From positions 132,434,001 to 132,498,000 of the forward strand of contig CM059432.1 in NCBI GenBank assembly GCA_030390025.1: a DNA stretch of 64,000 nt, given 5' to 3'. Below are positions 49,564 to 63,127 of this stretch, one piece after another. The notes beneath the pieces are model-generated. The model saw nothing but the letters and a program-made list of their open reading frames with translations, was not told where the DNA came from and made no database searches. Origin of the DNA: Squalus acanthias. Taxonomy: Eukaryota. The number at the start of each line of letters is the position of its first letter. The stretch's first letter is position 1. The position numbers and the translations under genes are program-made.

Positions 49564-50034
49564 CTCTCTCAGGATGACAGCATTCCTGCTCCCACCACTG
49601 CCACTCCGCCATTGCCCTTGTCACTGCCTGTCATCAAGCCAGCCCAGACTGCTGCCGCCCATGCTAAGGTGGTGCAGTCTACAGCCGGGCTTTCCAGGCC
49701 CAGAGCTGGTGGAGGGCATCCTACAAGGCCATCTGAAGTCTCCCGCACAGACACTCAGCAGCCTTCCACCAGCCGTGCTGCAACCACTGGGCCAACACTT
49801 CGTAGGATCACTAGAGCAGGAAAAGGCACAGTAACAAGAGGCACTAAGGGATTGCACAAGGGTGAATAGTTCATATTGTTGTTGTAAATATGTGTTCACT
49901 GATTATTGATAAATTTATTAATTCAGTTTGGATTCTTTTGTGGTGTCTCTCATTTCAGCTTTGCGCTGTGATATGGCCTGCGACAGGAATGGAATGATGG
50001 GGATGTGGTGAGCAACGGGAATCTGGGGTTTAAT

Positions 50035-51217
50035 TTATTGGAACCGCAGTCTGATGAGGCGGTCACAGACCGCCCTTCCAGAAGGCCGATTGAGTGGCTG
50101 CCTCCTCCCTCGCTCCTGTTCCTCCTCCTCCTCCTCATCCTCCTCGTCCTTCTCATCCTCCTCCTTTCTCTCTTCCTCCTCCTGAGGTGGTCACGCAATC
50201 CCTGCTGGCAAGGGCTGGGCCCTCATGATGGCCAAGTTGTGGAGCATGCAGCAGATCACCACAAAATGGGACACCCGCTCAGCCGGTTACTGGAGGGCTC
50301 CTCCCGAGCGGTCAAGGCAGCAGAACCATTGCTTGAGTACCCCGATGGTCTGCTCGATGATGTTCCTGGTGGCAGCATGGCTGTCATTATATGGGTGCTG
50401 GGCAGGAGTGTTGGGGTTGTGGAAGGGAGTCATGAGCCAGGTGGAGAGCGGATAGCCCTTGTTTCCGAGCAGCCAGCCACGAGCTTGACGTGGTGGCTGG
50501 AAGAGTGCTGGCACACCGGTCTGGCGCAGGATGAAGGCATCGTGGCTGCTGCCAGGATAGCGGACATACGCACTGAGGATTCGCGGTGTGTGGTTGCGCA
50601 CCAACTGCACATTAAGTGAGTGGTAGCCTTTGTGGTTACGGAAGATCTCAGGATTGTTATGCGGTGCCTGCAAAGCCACATGGGTGCAGTCAATGGCGCC
50701 CCGCACCATGGGGAATCCCGCTATCCTGGCAAAGCCACATGCACGCTCGTCCTGCTTCTCTCTGGTGATGGGGAAGGAAATGTAGTCCCTTCTCCTACTA
50801 TAGAGAGCCTCTGTGACCTCTCAGATGCAGTGATGCAAGGCGAACTGGGAGATGTTAGCTATGTCTCCTGTTGCAAACTGGAAGGATCCGCTGGTGAAGA
50901 AATTGATTGTGAAAGTGACCTTTACTTTAACTGAGATCCATGGTCGCCCTGATCTGAGGCTGGAGGTCTGGTTGCAGGAGGTGGCAGAGTCCTGTGACTA
51001 CCTTCTTGGTCAAGCAGAGCCTTCGAATACATTTCTCCTCGCTTAATTGGAGGTAGGAGAAGTGCTCTCTGAATACCCTTGGTGGGTAAGGCCTCCTGTT
51101 GAGAGCCCTGATGGCCCTCCTCCTCCCTCTGGCCACATGTTCCAGTCTTTCTCGCTGCCTCCGCTCCCTCCGCTGTAGATCCTGGAGGGCGAGGTCGACT
51201 GCCAGTACAGCCCCCAT
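50035..51217 (-). pseudogene. Harbinger DDE transposase (HARBI1/DDE_Tnp_4-like), disrupted
   Basis: GFPMVRGAIDCTHV, RNHKGYHSLNVQLV, YPGSSHDAFIL, WLLGNKGYPL (D to N change), YNDSHAATRNIIEQTIGVLK; one frameshift, in-frame stops and an acidic tail. Confidence 0.9.
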
Positions 51218-51765
51218 TAATGTAACTAAGTGTAGCAGGTTGATATTTTGTAAGAATAAATGTAACTACTTTTTATTTACCACCGCACTCCTGATACAAA
51301 AGAACCTTTAAATTCCTGAATTAAACTGTTTCACAATGTCAAACTGACAAGAAAGCACTGAAACTCCACTAACCTGACAGCTGCGACTCATTACTCATGA
51401 TCCCTTTAAATAACGTCCCTGGAGCTGGCTTCCACCTGCTTGACGCCTCCTCTCCCTGTCGCTGTCGGGGCAAGGCGCTAAGGTAGGTGACGAAAATCAA
51501 TTTTGCAGATTGGGCGCCCAGTGAGCGTTGCACGCTCACTGACGTCATGATCTGCCTGGCGTTGAAGTCCCCGGCGGTAACCCCGGGGGGCCGAATTTGC
51601 CGTGTGTCGCTGGAGTTGCCTCACCCCGGCGCTACTGCATCAGCGCCCCGTTACCGATCACTGCAGGCGCTAACGGGAGGCGCTAACCAACTGAATTTCC
51701 CCCCCTTTCAATGATTGTCCTTATTTTGAAGAACTTCAGAGTAAATTCTCTTGTCTCTCTCTATG

Positions 51766-53170
51766 GCCGGATTTTTCCGGGGTGGTGGTGGGCATGATCG
51801 GTGGCAGGTCGGGTGGGAAAGTTGTTACTTTTGACAGTGTCGGGAACCCACTGTCATCTCGCTCTCACGTGCCTTTCCCCCAGGCGCATCTGTCATCGCG
51901 GAGCCAACCCGACCGGCAGAGGCGGGCGACCCAATTGAGATGATTAACAGCTAGTTGTCAGACCCTGAACCGGCTTTTTTTAACTTACTTTTTAACTTTA
52001 ACTGCATGGCCACGGCAACCACGCTGCTCGGGAAGCACGTCTGTCAACCTGAGGCGGGAGTTTTGTGACCATTGCTCCAGCTGATTACTTGACAGCATCA
52101 AATGTACAGTAAAAGCTCCCACCTGACAGCTGATCACTTTCCTCAGGCAGAAGCTGTTGCTCAGTCCATTTCCAGCACAGATTCCGCAGGCTGCAAGTGT
52201 TTCCAGCAAAGTCTCCATCCAGTCTCACCTCATTGGAAGAACTCTCTCACCATTGACAGAATGCTTCTGTCATCTGTACTTCACCTGCCATCTATTCCAT
52301 CAACATGGGTGCCGTTTTTACTGTCTCACCTTGGTCCTCAGAATCTGACCACGATCAGCACCAACACCAGCAGCACCAGGTACACCAGCAGCACCAACAA
52401 CAACACCAACACCAACTTACTCCGCAATCACCTGATGCTGCACAGGACAGAGGGCATCAGCACCCGAGCACATTGCTGCCCGGGAGGCCAGGGATGGCCT
52501 TACCATGGCCAGATTTAGTTAACTTTACGCTGTACACCTGCTGCATGATGCGCCAGGTTGGCACCACCCCACACCAACACCATAAAGCATCCCTACAATT
52601 CCCAGAGCCGTTCCTTTCACACTCATCACCATTGTGGGTGGTACTGTTATGTCTCACCATTCACTGCAACTCACTAAGCCACTTCCAAAGGTGCACACAA
52701 ATCTGCCCAAGACTAGAAAGTGGTGAAAATAAAGATTTTTATGCGTGACACCACATTAACAGAAACCTTACATGAACATTGGATAAAACACCCAAGTGCC
52801 TACCCTTGTGTGTTGTTAGTTGGCATGATTGCACTAGAATGAGGGTGAGTGTGAGGGGTGGCGAGTGAAATGGGGATGTGATAATATAGATACAGAGAGA
52901 GGGATGGGTGGAGGTGCAAGGTATGTTGGTGTGAGTAAGGATGTGCAGGAGTAGGGTAGGGAAGGCAGAGTGATGGGGATGTGATGAGATGCACAGCAGG
53001 ATGAGGTTGAGTGTGACTTTGTACTAACGTTTCGTGATCTACTGAGATCATTGAAAGGTTTGCGGCACCGCACCCTGGTCCTCCTGACCACATCCCTGCT
53101 TGTGACCTCCTCTGCAATCTGCAACCAGGCTGCGTTGATCTCCTGGGGAGGTCTCTTCCGCCCGCTGAAA
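51766..53170. mobile_element. internally deleted Harbinger of a second family
   Basis: ggccggatttttcc start, nuclease-like N-terminus MGAVF with a Q/H-rich run on + (52305), and a Myb exon AWLQIAEEVTSRDVVRRTRVRCRKPFNDL on - (~53030-53165). Confidence 0.65.
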
Positions 53171-53430
53171 GGCCATAGAATTCTTACGCCTGCATAAGGT
53201 CTGCTTTTACCAGCTTAAGAGTGTTGAAAAATAGAAAAATTAAATTTGATAACTCATTTATAAATTAAAAATACTCTTCAAAAAGGTAATTTTATTAGCC
53301 CCGTAAAACATTTAATTTTAAAAAAATATTTAATTAAAGGAATTTTAATTAATTTTAATTATGTAATAAAAAAAATTTTGAAATGTTTTAGTGTGTTTTT
53401 AAATGTGATCCCGATTCATACTTTTGACAG
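53171..53430 (-). mobile_element. fragment related to the 747-bp MITE family
   Basis: aaggtctgcttttaccagcttaagagt...ttagccccgtaaaac resembles 29210-29480. Confidence 0.6.
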
Positions 53431-54821
53431 TTCTGTGTGTACAACCTGGGGCGCTATATAAATGCAAATCTTTCAAGTGTTTCTTTTAAACGTTTAATTC
53501 AATTCCTCAGTAAAAGAAGCATTCAACATATTTAGTATCAAATAAAATTGTACCTCTTTTTAGGTTAAAGCTTAAACATGATTTGGGGTGTTATTTTACC
53601 TCAGTTGCTTTACCTCCCCAGTGGTATGTCGCATTAAGTTTGGGAAAGAGTATAAATGAGTGTTACCGTACAGCAAATTCAACAGATTAGTCACTCTTCC
53701 GTGAAAATCAAAGTGACCCAGCTTATCACTAGTGTCAGATTGTACCTTATTCTGGAGCTTGGTGTGCTCTTGCAAAGCTTTTAAGAATTTTTCTTCTCCA
53801 GACATTGCACTATTTGACTAATTTGTCCAAATCTCTTTTAAAGCTAATGTCAGAAGTACGAAGTGAGCAATTCATCTGTGCAGTTTAATTCAGGGTAATG
53901 ATTTGTCCTTACAAGGTTGGACAACCTTTCCTGAAATTAAATTTGTTATGGCATGCAGGGAATTTTGGGACAATGATAGACGATTAACAAGCTTTAAGCA
54001 CGGGCTGACTTTTACCAAAATGACTTTTACTGTTTCATTTGGCAAACCTTTATTATCTGTTCTGTGCCATTAACTCCCAGTTAAAAGCCAATTCCTTACC
54101 ATGATTAAAATTGTCCAGGATTTAAAAATCAGTCTATAGGCACAGTGAAAATTCTTTATAAATGACAACCGGTCAGATAAGATCCTTTAAATAATATGAG
54201 GGCATTTACGTGACCCACTGCTGGAATATCGTTTAAGACAGGCATTGCTGGAATATGTAATAAAAGCCATTTATATCGCAACCATATCAACCATCGGTGA
54301 AAACTAATACATTGACTGGGAATTTCCTCAGAATTGCTCCCGCTCCACCACCGGAGAAGCTCCAAGGAAATTCCCAGCCATTTTGACAATTTGACCCTTT
54401 TCCTAACACTCTATTGGTGCTCATAGTAACAAGGCAGTTTCCTAGGCAAGCACAGACCTTCTATGAACTGAAACTTTGAATATTGTGCATGGAATGAATG
54501 GGTTAGTGTGCCACGGGATTAGCAATGCCCCTTTTACCAAGATGTTGCTGGAAGACAGACAGGGTGCTCACCATGAGCTCCTGCCTTCTTTGATAGGTGG
54601 AAAACATTATCCTGTCAGGCAATATGGTTTGGGCTAAATTACCGATCAAATTTATTGCAAGAAACAAATCACAAAAAAATTAAAATGAATACAGCAATTC
54701 ACCATTAAATTTACATACAACTCCTTTTTAGACTTACAAAAACAAGGCCTAGAAATTCAGTTGCGGCTGAAAACAGGCATGCAGAAGGTGGGGCATGCAC
54801 TGCACACGTACGTTCATGTGG

Positions 54822-56276
54822 TCCCTAGATTCTAGAACGGTCCCAGCTGATTGGAAGCTAGTAAATGTAACCCCACCATTCAAGAAAGGAGGGAGAGAGA
54901 AAACCGGGAACTACAGGCCAGTCAGCCTGATATCAGTCATCGGGAAAATGCTGGAATCCATTATTAAGGAAGTGGTAACAGGGCACTTAGAAAATCATAA
55001 TATGGTTAGGCAGAGTCAACATGGTTTTATGAAAGGGAAATCGTGTTCGACAAATAGAGGTTTTTGAAGATGTAACCAGCAGGGTAGATAAAGGGGAACC
55101 AGTGGATGTAGTGTATTTGGATTTCCAGAAGGCATTTGATAAGGTGCCACATAATAGGTTGCTACGCAAGATAAGGGCTCATGGGTTGGGGGTAATATAT
55201 TAGCATGGATAGAGGATTGCTTAACGAACAGAAAACAGAGAGTCGGGATAAACGGGTCATTTTCGGGTTGGTAGGCTGTAACTAGTGGGGTGCCGCAAGG
55301 ATCAGTGTTGGGGCCTCAGCTATTTACAATCTATATTAATGACTTAGATGAAGGGACCGAGTGTAATGTATCCAAGTTTGCTGACAATACAAAGCTAGGT
55401 GGGACAGTAAGCTGTGAGGAGAACGCAAAGAGCCTGCAAAGGGATATAGACAGGTTAAGTGAATGAGAAATAATGTGTCAGATGGAGTATAATGTGGGGA
55501 AATGTGAGGTTATTCACTTTGGTAGGAAGAATAGGAAAACAGAATATTTTTTAAATGGTGAGAAACTATTAAATGTTGGTGTTCAGAGAGACTTAGATTT
55601 CGTAGTACAAGAAACACAAGGAGTTAGCATGCAGGTACAGCGAGCAATTAGGAAGGTAAATGGCATGTTGGCCTTTATTGCAAGGGGGATGGAGTACAAG
55701 CATAAGGAAATTTTGCTACAATTGTACAGGGCTTTGATGAGATCACACCTGGAGCACTGTGTACAGTTTTGGTTTCCTTATCTAAGGAAAGATATACTTG
55801 CCTTAGAGGTGGTGCAACAAAGGTTCACTAGATTGATTCCTGGGATGAGAGGGCTGTCCTATGAGGAGAGATTGAGTAGATTGGGCTGTACTCTCTGGAG
55901 TTTAGAAGAATGAGAGGCAATCTCATTGAAACATATAAGATTCTGAGGGGGATTGGCAGGATAGATGCTCAGAGATTGTTTCAGGATAAGGGGCCGGCCT
56001 TTTAAGACTGAAATGGGGAGGAATTTCTTCACTCAGAGGGTTGTGAATCTTTGGAATTCTCTTCCCCAAAGGGCAGTGAATGCTGAGTCATTGAGTATAT
56101 TCAAGGCTGAGATTGATAGATTTTTGGACTCTAGGGGAATCAAGGGATATGGAGATGGGGTGGGAAAGTGGAGTTGAGGTCGAAGATCAGCGATGATCTT
56201 ATTGAATAACGGAGCAGGCTCGAGGGGCTGTATGGCCTACTCCTGCTCCTAATTCTTATGTTCTTATGTTCTATGT
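54822..56276 (+). mobile_element. CR1-like LINE, RT to 3' end, decayed
   Basis: WKLVNVTPPFKKGGREKTGNYRPVSL, QHGFMKGKSC, LDFQKAFDKVPH and a ttcttatg tail; it appears to interrupt a ggcctagaaattc-type MITE starting near 54747. Confidence 0.92.
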
Positions 56277-57024
56277 TCATAGGGACCATGCAAAGTTAAT
56301 GCTGCCACCTCATTACCCCTACCACCACTAGTTATTTGCTGTGTGCCTGTTTGGAGGTGGGGTGGGGGTGCGGGAAATTGGACTTGACTAACGCCACTTA
56401 AAGGCACACAGCACCTCATAAAGGGGAGGTACATTCTGGCTGCAGACAAGCTATAGCATGTAGGGGGATACACTTTGAAGGAGCACGAAGATAGGTAAAC
56501 GAGCACACTAGACGGGCACTAATGGGTTGCATAAGGGTGACTCTTAATTATTCCTGTTAAGCATTAAATACATATGGAATTGAGTTGTTGGATTAAGTTT
56601 TTTTTGTGGATTTGGTGTTGGTGTTAATATTTGTAGTGAAGTGAGGACAAAACCCATGAGGCTGGACTGAAGGAAAGCAATCAGATGGTGGTATTAAGGA
56701 CGGTGGTGATAAGGATTGCTGGACTGTCGGTGTATTGGGGATGGGAGGGATGTTTCAGGTGAAGCACTCTTGGATGAGAAGCTCTCTGAGAGGCCTGGAA
56801 GCAAGAGGCACTGGAGGCCGATGCTGCTCCCGCTCTTCCTCCTCTTCGTGATGCACTTCCTTCCTCCTCATTATTGCTAAGTTACACAGCGTGCAGCACA
56901 CGACCACAAATCTGGAGACACGGTCAGGGCTCCTCCCAAACTGTAAAAAAAAAGGTGATTTATTTTAAAAATATCTGAGTGGCTGTCAGTCGCTGTCATA
57001 GAGTTTTTGGGAGGGAGACATAGA

Positions 57025-57397
57025 GAGAAAGAAAGAACTTTTACAACCTCAGGACGCCCCAAAGCGCTTACAACCAATGAAGTACTTTTTGAAGTGTAGT
57101 CACTGTTGTAATGTCGGGAACGTGGCAGTCAATTTGCGCACAGCAAGCTCCCACAAACAGCAATGTGATAATGACCTGATAATTCGCTTTAGGCGTTGGT
57201 TGAGAGATAAAGGTTGGCGAGGACACCAGGGAGAACTCACCTGCTCATCTTTAAATGGGTGCCGCGGGATTCTTCACATCCACCTGGTGTCCCCGCCAAC
57301 CTTTACCTCGCAACCAATACCTAAAGCGAATTATCAGGCCATTATCACATTGCTGTTTGTAGGTCCGCACTGAGCGCAAATTGGCTGCCACGTTCCC
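57025..57397 (-). mobile_element. Deu-SINE fragment with fold-back inverted duplication
   Basis: Segment 57116-57230 is mirrored at 57283-57397. Confidence 0.8.
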
Positions 57398-57811
57398 TAC
57401 TGCTTCAGGTGGGCACCTCATTGGTCTGGACAAACCCTGCAGGTTAACTCGGAGACAGCGGGAAAGGGTTGTGTTCCGGGCGGGTAATTTCCACCTGGCA
57501 GGCTGGGTTAAAATCGACCTCAAAGGCTTAAGATCTGCTGGGAGCCTTTAGTGAGACTGGCGCTCCATCGATTGCCCCCAGCACTCTGGGGAAGCCAGCA
57601 ATCCTGTAGAAACGTAATGCCCTCTGCCTTTGCTCCACCGGGGACATGCCCCGTCTAATGAACTCTACGGACCAGGGCCTCAGTTACCTGCCAAATGCAG
57701 GCCCTCTTGGCCCATTGACTAATCCTGAACAGATTCTCCCCTGGGGATGGCTGGGAGGAGCTAGACCCGTAAAAGTTGAGCCCCGTGGTGACCTTCATTT
57801 CTATGGTTTTC

Positions 57812-58246
57812 AAAATTTATTCATGGGATGTGGGCGTCACCGGCAAGGCCAGAAATTATTGCCCATCAGAAGGTGGTGGTGAGCCACTTTCTTGAACCAC
57901 TGTTCTTTTGTATTAGTTTGGTATAACTGAGTGCTTTGCTCAGCCATTTCAGAGAGCAGTTAAGAGTCAACCACATTCCTGTGGGTCTCGGAGTCACATA
58001 TTGGCCAGACTAGGTAAGGATGGCCAATTTCCTTCCCTAAAGGACATTAGTGAACCAGATGGGTTTATTACAACAATCTGGTAGTTTCATGGTCACCATT
58101 ACTGACACTAGCACTTTATTCCATATTTATTTAATTAACTGAATTTAAATTCCCCAGCTGCCACGGTGGGATGTGAACTCACATCTCTGGATCATTAGTC
58201 CAGGCCTCTGGATTACTAGCCCAGTGATATTACCACTATGCTACCG
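57812..58246 (-). mobile_element. tRNA-headed SINE/LINE-derived repeat (third family)
   Basis: Minus strand begins ggtagcatagtggtaatatcactgggctagtaatccagagg...gagttcacatcccacc (A- and B-box-like) and ends ...acgcccacatcccatgaataaa. Confidence 0.65.
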
Positions 58247-61237
58247 TTCCTGGTAGCGTAGTGGAGATGGGCTTCAAGTCATCTCGGAGCAAGTGGCAGT
58301 CAGTCAAGGGTCTCCTTGGTAAAGCCCAGCCGTCGCACAGTCTGCTCCTCAGTCACTCTTGGAACATCAGTCGAGGCCTGTATATTCTCCGGGACGGGTG
58401 TTTGCAGGTGGTGTCCTGTCTCCGCTCGTGGAGCTTCACTCTGCATGCCTCCTGTTTCTGGTGCCTGCTGTGCCTCCTCCTCCATTATAATAGCAAGCAG
58501 TGGTTGAACAGCAAAGGAGCCATTTTATTTCTCAGAAGAACTGGAAAATGGCCGTCTGCGGTAACAGGGACAAGAACGGCTTCAATTGCTCGCTGGGGCA
58601 GCTGATTTGCACCCGCTTCAGGTGACATGGGGGTGCCTGTACGCCTGAAAATCTGGTCAAAATTTGGAGAGAGCCTCTGAGCAAGCACAGTTACAGGGAA
58701 CTTGCGTATTCACCTCCGTAACTTGGGGCGGGGCCATGATTATGGGCGGAGGGAATCAATAGACGTTCGTAAAAGATCGAGGCGATTTGGGCATATTGTA
58801 CTTACACATGTGAATCACTTACGCCCAATTATTGACGATTCCCTATGTGTTTTGCGCCCTGATTATGCGTGTTTCTGGGCACAAACACGCAGGCAATTCC
58901 AGGCCATTATCTTTCCGGAGAGCACATTGAGACACCTAATTGTTCGAGCTGCTGGAGCCTTTTCTCTATCAAGTAAAAGGAACGTGTTGGACCTTTGGGA
59001 ATTAAATCTGATTTGACCTCATATCAAAACCAAATCATAGCTTAAACCACAAATCTCTTCTCAGCCAAGTAGTCGAAAATCCCGCAACATTAAAAATTAC
59101 TATTCAGTAAAGTGGCTTATATTGTACCTATGGCAGTGCTAAGTATCTGCTATTTGAGTATAGTTTCTGCCAAAAGTATCTCATTACACCCTAGCACGAT
59201 TCCCCCACCCCTACATTTATCTTATTGTGCTTCTGTTTAATGACCACTATAGACAACATTTAACAATGTTTAACAACTGGTAGCAGAGATCAGTTTCCTG
59301 TAAATCACTTTGTACTTTATGTCACGGATTGGACCAATAGTTAATATCGGCGATAGTTATTTGGAACTCCATCACCTTGTTGAGGCTGAGATCCAAAGGC
59401 CACCCCAATTCCCCTTTGCTGTCACTTCTGGCAGAAGATCGACTCTTCATTTATAAAAACCCATGGTGGCATCGCACTGCCCTGACACGTGGACGTCAGG
59501 ACAAGGTGTGTGTGTTCCACAATGGCTTTCATTGTTTGCAATTAATGCTGCTCTACTTGGTCTCGGCCGGCTCCTATCTAATCAGGGTCTGCACTTTTTA
59601 AACAAGCTGATGCAGACCTGATCTTTAAACGAATGCGGATGGGGATGGGCAACCTGAATCCAGCATTTCTATTCTCCAAACTATCAGGTTCCTGCGCTCT
59701 GAAGGGACAGTTGTATAGGGCTCATATTTGCTCCTTTAAAATACCTCACAACTTGGATACTGGCTTTTTTTTAATGACAAGAATATATAAAAACAAGGAC
59801 TCTGCTGCTCTGTGTCCTTATTCTTGACCTGCAACAGTGCACCATTTTGGCATTAGCACCTTTAGTTAATTGTGTCTCCTCTTAGAACATCACGAGGCCT
59901 AAATATAGCATTTACTTACCCTCGACTCAAAGATTGCTCCGCTCTGATATGGTCAGGAAATTCTACTTTCAGCAACTTTTCTGACCTTTATTGTTTAGGG
60001 TTTTCTTTCAGCTTTCTTCTCAGTTTTTCAACGGTCCCCCCCCCGCTCACCACCCTTCACCACCACCCCCAACCTTTCCTCACTCCTCACTTTCATAGAA
60101 AGCTCGGCATTATGACTACGTTTCAGGTTACAGGACACTAGGAAGCTGGAAGGCCACCTAAGATCTCCCTTGAGAGGTTTCCCCGGTCCTCGGAGACTCT
60201 TATGATAGTGCTCTATTTCATGCCTGAACACACCTTTGTTTTCCTTCTGACCCGAGGCAATGCGGTTGTTTGGCTTGAGTGGAATGTGATGTTGTTCTTG
60301 CAGCTGAGTGACATGCTCATAATTTGTACACTAAAACAATTCCAACTGCAGACTTTTACGCTCTATCGTTCTTCATTCCACGGAATTATTTTGCTAATAG
60401 ATTCTTTTAAAAAAAATATTGCTAGATTTTGAGCAGTCAAGGAAACAAATTGATTATTTGGAAGACTTTATTATTCAAAGCTAGTATTCCTTTTCCAATG
60501 ATCTGGCTGATGACGTCAGTCCAATTTCATAAATTTAAGATCAGAAAACCAGTGATCTTTGTCTGCTCAGGCTGAATTAGACTGTCCAGAAATAGATTAC
60601 TACAATCAAATGAAGGGAAAAAAAAAAATCAGCATTGACCTATAATGGAAGGCTCAATAGAAGAAATGCTGCAACATTTCTGGAGCAGTGTGATGTCTAC
60701 TTTCGAACAGTTTAAACTAGCTGATTGTTGGCCAATTAATCATCAGGGTCAGGGCCATTCCTCGTCTGCAATTTACTGGATTATCTCTCTACAACCAACT
60801 GCCGATTATCACGCAGTAAACGTGCAGTTGGGATGTCATTGCCCACAGAGAGGACACCTGGCAGGTGCTATACGCCATGACACCTGTACCCAGCAAAAAG
60901 ACAGGGCCAAAATGAAAAGAAACAACTTCAATCAACTCCACAGAATATGTTACATAACAAACAGGAAGCATGGTAGTGATCTTGAAGATCTAATTTCAAA
61001 TCAGGCTCAAATAACAGTGATAAACCAGGTGATAAAAGCTACTCAACCTTTACCGTTGCAGTTTCTGTTATCATCTGAACTCCTTTGATTAAGTTACTGC
61101 CTTGTAATCACTCCCAGCTATCAATTATCTTCCACACAGTATATAAAGCGATCTGCAATTTTTCACGACTGCACTGAAAGCATCTCCTGCACCATTAAAC
61201 ATTCTTGCCATTTTGGTATGATATAGTTAAAGGCTTT

Positions 61238-62901
61238 GGGGGGAAAATCCGAGTGGTTTGTGCCACACGTTAGCACCACAAGATGGCGCTAAAATGCCAT
61301 TGACAGCTGTAACGACAGCTGATGCCGGTTCCAGCGCTGCATGCCATATCGGTGTTGCCAGTAGTGCTGCCGGTAAACTCGATCGCCAGGGACCTCACCG
61401 TCATGGAGATCGTGACGTCAGTGAGTGTGCAACGCTCACTGGACGTCCAATTTCCCAACTTCGTTATAGCCACTTACCTTAACGGCAGCGCAGAACAACA
61501 ACAGGGGGAGCTGGCGTCTACCAGCTCCAACTAACATGGTTCTGCAGTTTCAGTGGATGTTTGCTACTTCCTGCAACTGAAACAGCTTTCTTTAGTTATT
61601 TCAAGTTTTTTTGGTGACAGGAAGTGTTGATTCAAGTGCAGAAGTCACTCATTATTTGTTAAAGGCTTCTTCTCACAACACTTCCTCACAGTCATGAGGG
61701 CTGCAGGATTGTGGGATTACCTCAGGAGGACAACGAGGCAGAGGAGGATGAGGAGGAGGATGAGGAGGAGGGCGAAGAGAAAAGGATGAGGCAGAGGAGG
61801 ATGAGGCAGAGGAGGACGAGGAGGAAGAGGACGAGGAGGAGTGAGGATGAGGAGGAGGAGGAACAGGAGGGAGGGCGGAAGCAGCAAGACAATCGTCCTT
61901 CTGGACGGGCTGTCCGTGACCGGCTCATCAGACTCCGATTCACATGAATGAAACACCAGATCCCTGTAGCTCACCACATCCCCATCAAACAACCCCTGTC
62001 TCATGCCATATCACAGCATCCTCCTGGGCACAAAGGTGAAATGAGACAAACCACAAAATATTCCAAACACACTTAATAAATTTATCTATAAACATATCAC
62101 ACATATCACATGTATTCTAATAACTAATGACCCTTGTACCTGCCATAGTTGAATAGCTGTCATTGTGTGCAAAGTGTGAGATGTGGGTGTGGGTGTTGCT
62201 AGGTAGACATTGTTGGTGGGTGAGTGCTGGGGGTCTGGTGCATTAAGCAGTGTGTGAAGATTGTGGTACAGGTGATGGTATGTAGCATTTGTTGAAGCAT
62301 TCATTCACCCTGACCACCCGTGTGAGCTTGTTAAACTTCCTCCTGTACTGTGTGTGGGTCCTGGGAAGCACAGTGCTGACGTGATGTGGTGTGCCACCTG
62401 CATCCACTTGTGGTAGACTAGTGACGAGGGCCTCCTGCCAGTTGCAGGGTACAGGACCGCACGCCTTCCCTCCACCGCTAAAACCAATGCCTCCAAAGCT
62501 TCCTCGGAAAACCTCCGGGCTCTCTCCCTGGGGCAGAGATCTGCCATCAGGATTTGTAAATAAGTGCTCCTTCTCCTTGTCCTTCTTATGGTTGTTGAGG
62601 CAGCTGCACAGCCAGCAATGCTGAGAATGAGGTGCTGCAGCATCAATGAATCCTCCCCTATAAGTAGTGAAAAAAGCCTGTGGCAATCATGACTTGCGTT
62701 TAGACTACACCTGATATTGGTCCATCTTTTCAGTGTAACGCCAATGAGCTTGAGCTTTTGGACTAGAATCATGACTGCAATCATTTTAATGAAGAGTGAG
62801 GATGAATTTTGCGTGCAGCCTAGACAATTTTCAACTAGCGCTACTTAACCATTTTTAGTCTAAACACTGCCCATTTCTTGGCTATAACGAATTTCTAGCC
62901 C
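61238..62901 (-). mobile_element. non-autonomous deletion derivative of the 40833-51705 Harbinger
   Basis: End gctataacgaatttctagccc is the reverse complement of the 40833 end; it retains Myb exon 1 (62547-62309, frameshifted) and the nuclease acidic tail (~61700-61947, + strand); flanks ttt/ttg. Confidence 0.85.
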
Positions 62902-63127
62902 TTGGACTGTAACTGCTGCTGTGTCCTTTTTTCCTATAATGTGCCGTGAGATTTGTTGTGATTTTCAGAAGACTTCCATGGCAAGTAAATGACAGACTAC
63001 ACAGCCTTGACAGACTTGATAGACTTTGGTTTTACATTATGCAAAATAATAGCTGGGATGGAATCACTTTGGTTGTTACAACGACAACAGAATTAGTTCT
63101 TACTTTGTGCGGGTTCAGACTTTGTCA

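Larger units (their letters stand above)
41192..49869 (+). pseudogene. Harbinger Myb/SANT-like DNA-binding protein gene, multi-exon, disrupted
   Basis: Exon 1 at 41192-41434 (RERARRFCDHTMEALV...LYP...WREVT...RTHIQCRKKFNDL) ends at a gtgagt donor. Later parts lie at ~42244, 42594-42710, 46430-46789 and 49127-49869, separated by inserted elements. Confidence 0.75.
40833..51705 (+). mobile_element. PIF/Harbinger DNA transposon (two convergent genes) with nested insertions
   Basis: Imperfect TIR gggctagaaattc / gaatttccccccc, 3-bp TSD ttt/ttt, Myb/SANT gene on + and DDE nuclease on -. Confidence 0.85.

Noticed and set aside
50035..51217. Domesticated host gene HARBI1
   Set aside because: It has stops, a frameshift and a catalytic D-to-N change, and lies within TIRs beside a Myb partner, so it is a transposon copy.
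53596..53805. 69-aa minus-strand ORF MSGEEKFLKALQEH
   Set aside because: It is short, has no recognisable homology and has weak splice context.
60645..61088. 147-aa ATG-initiated ORF in unique DNA
   Set aside because: It has no recognisable domain or supporting gene structure and is compatible with chance; BLASTP or RNA-seq would be needed to revive it.
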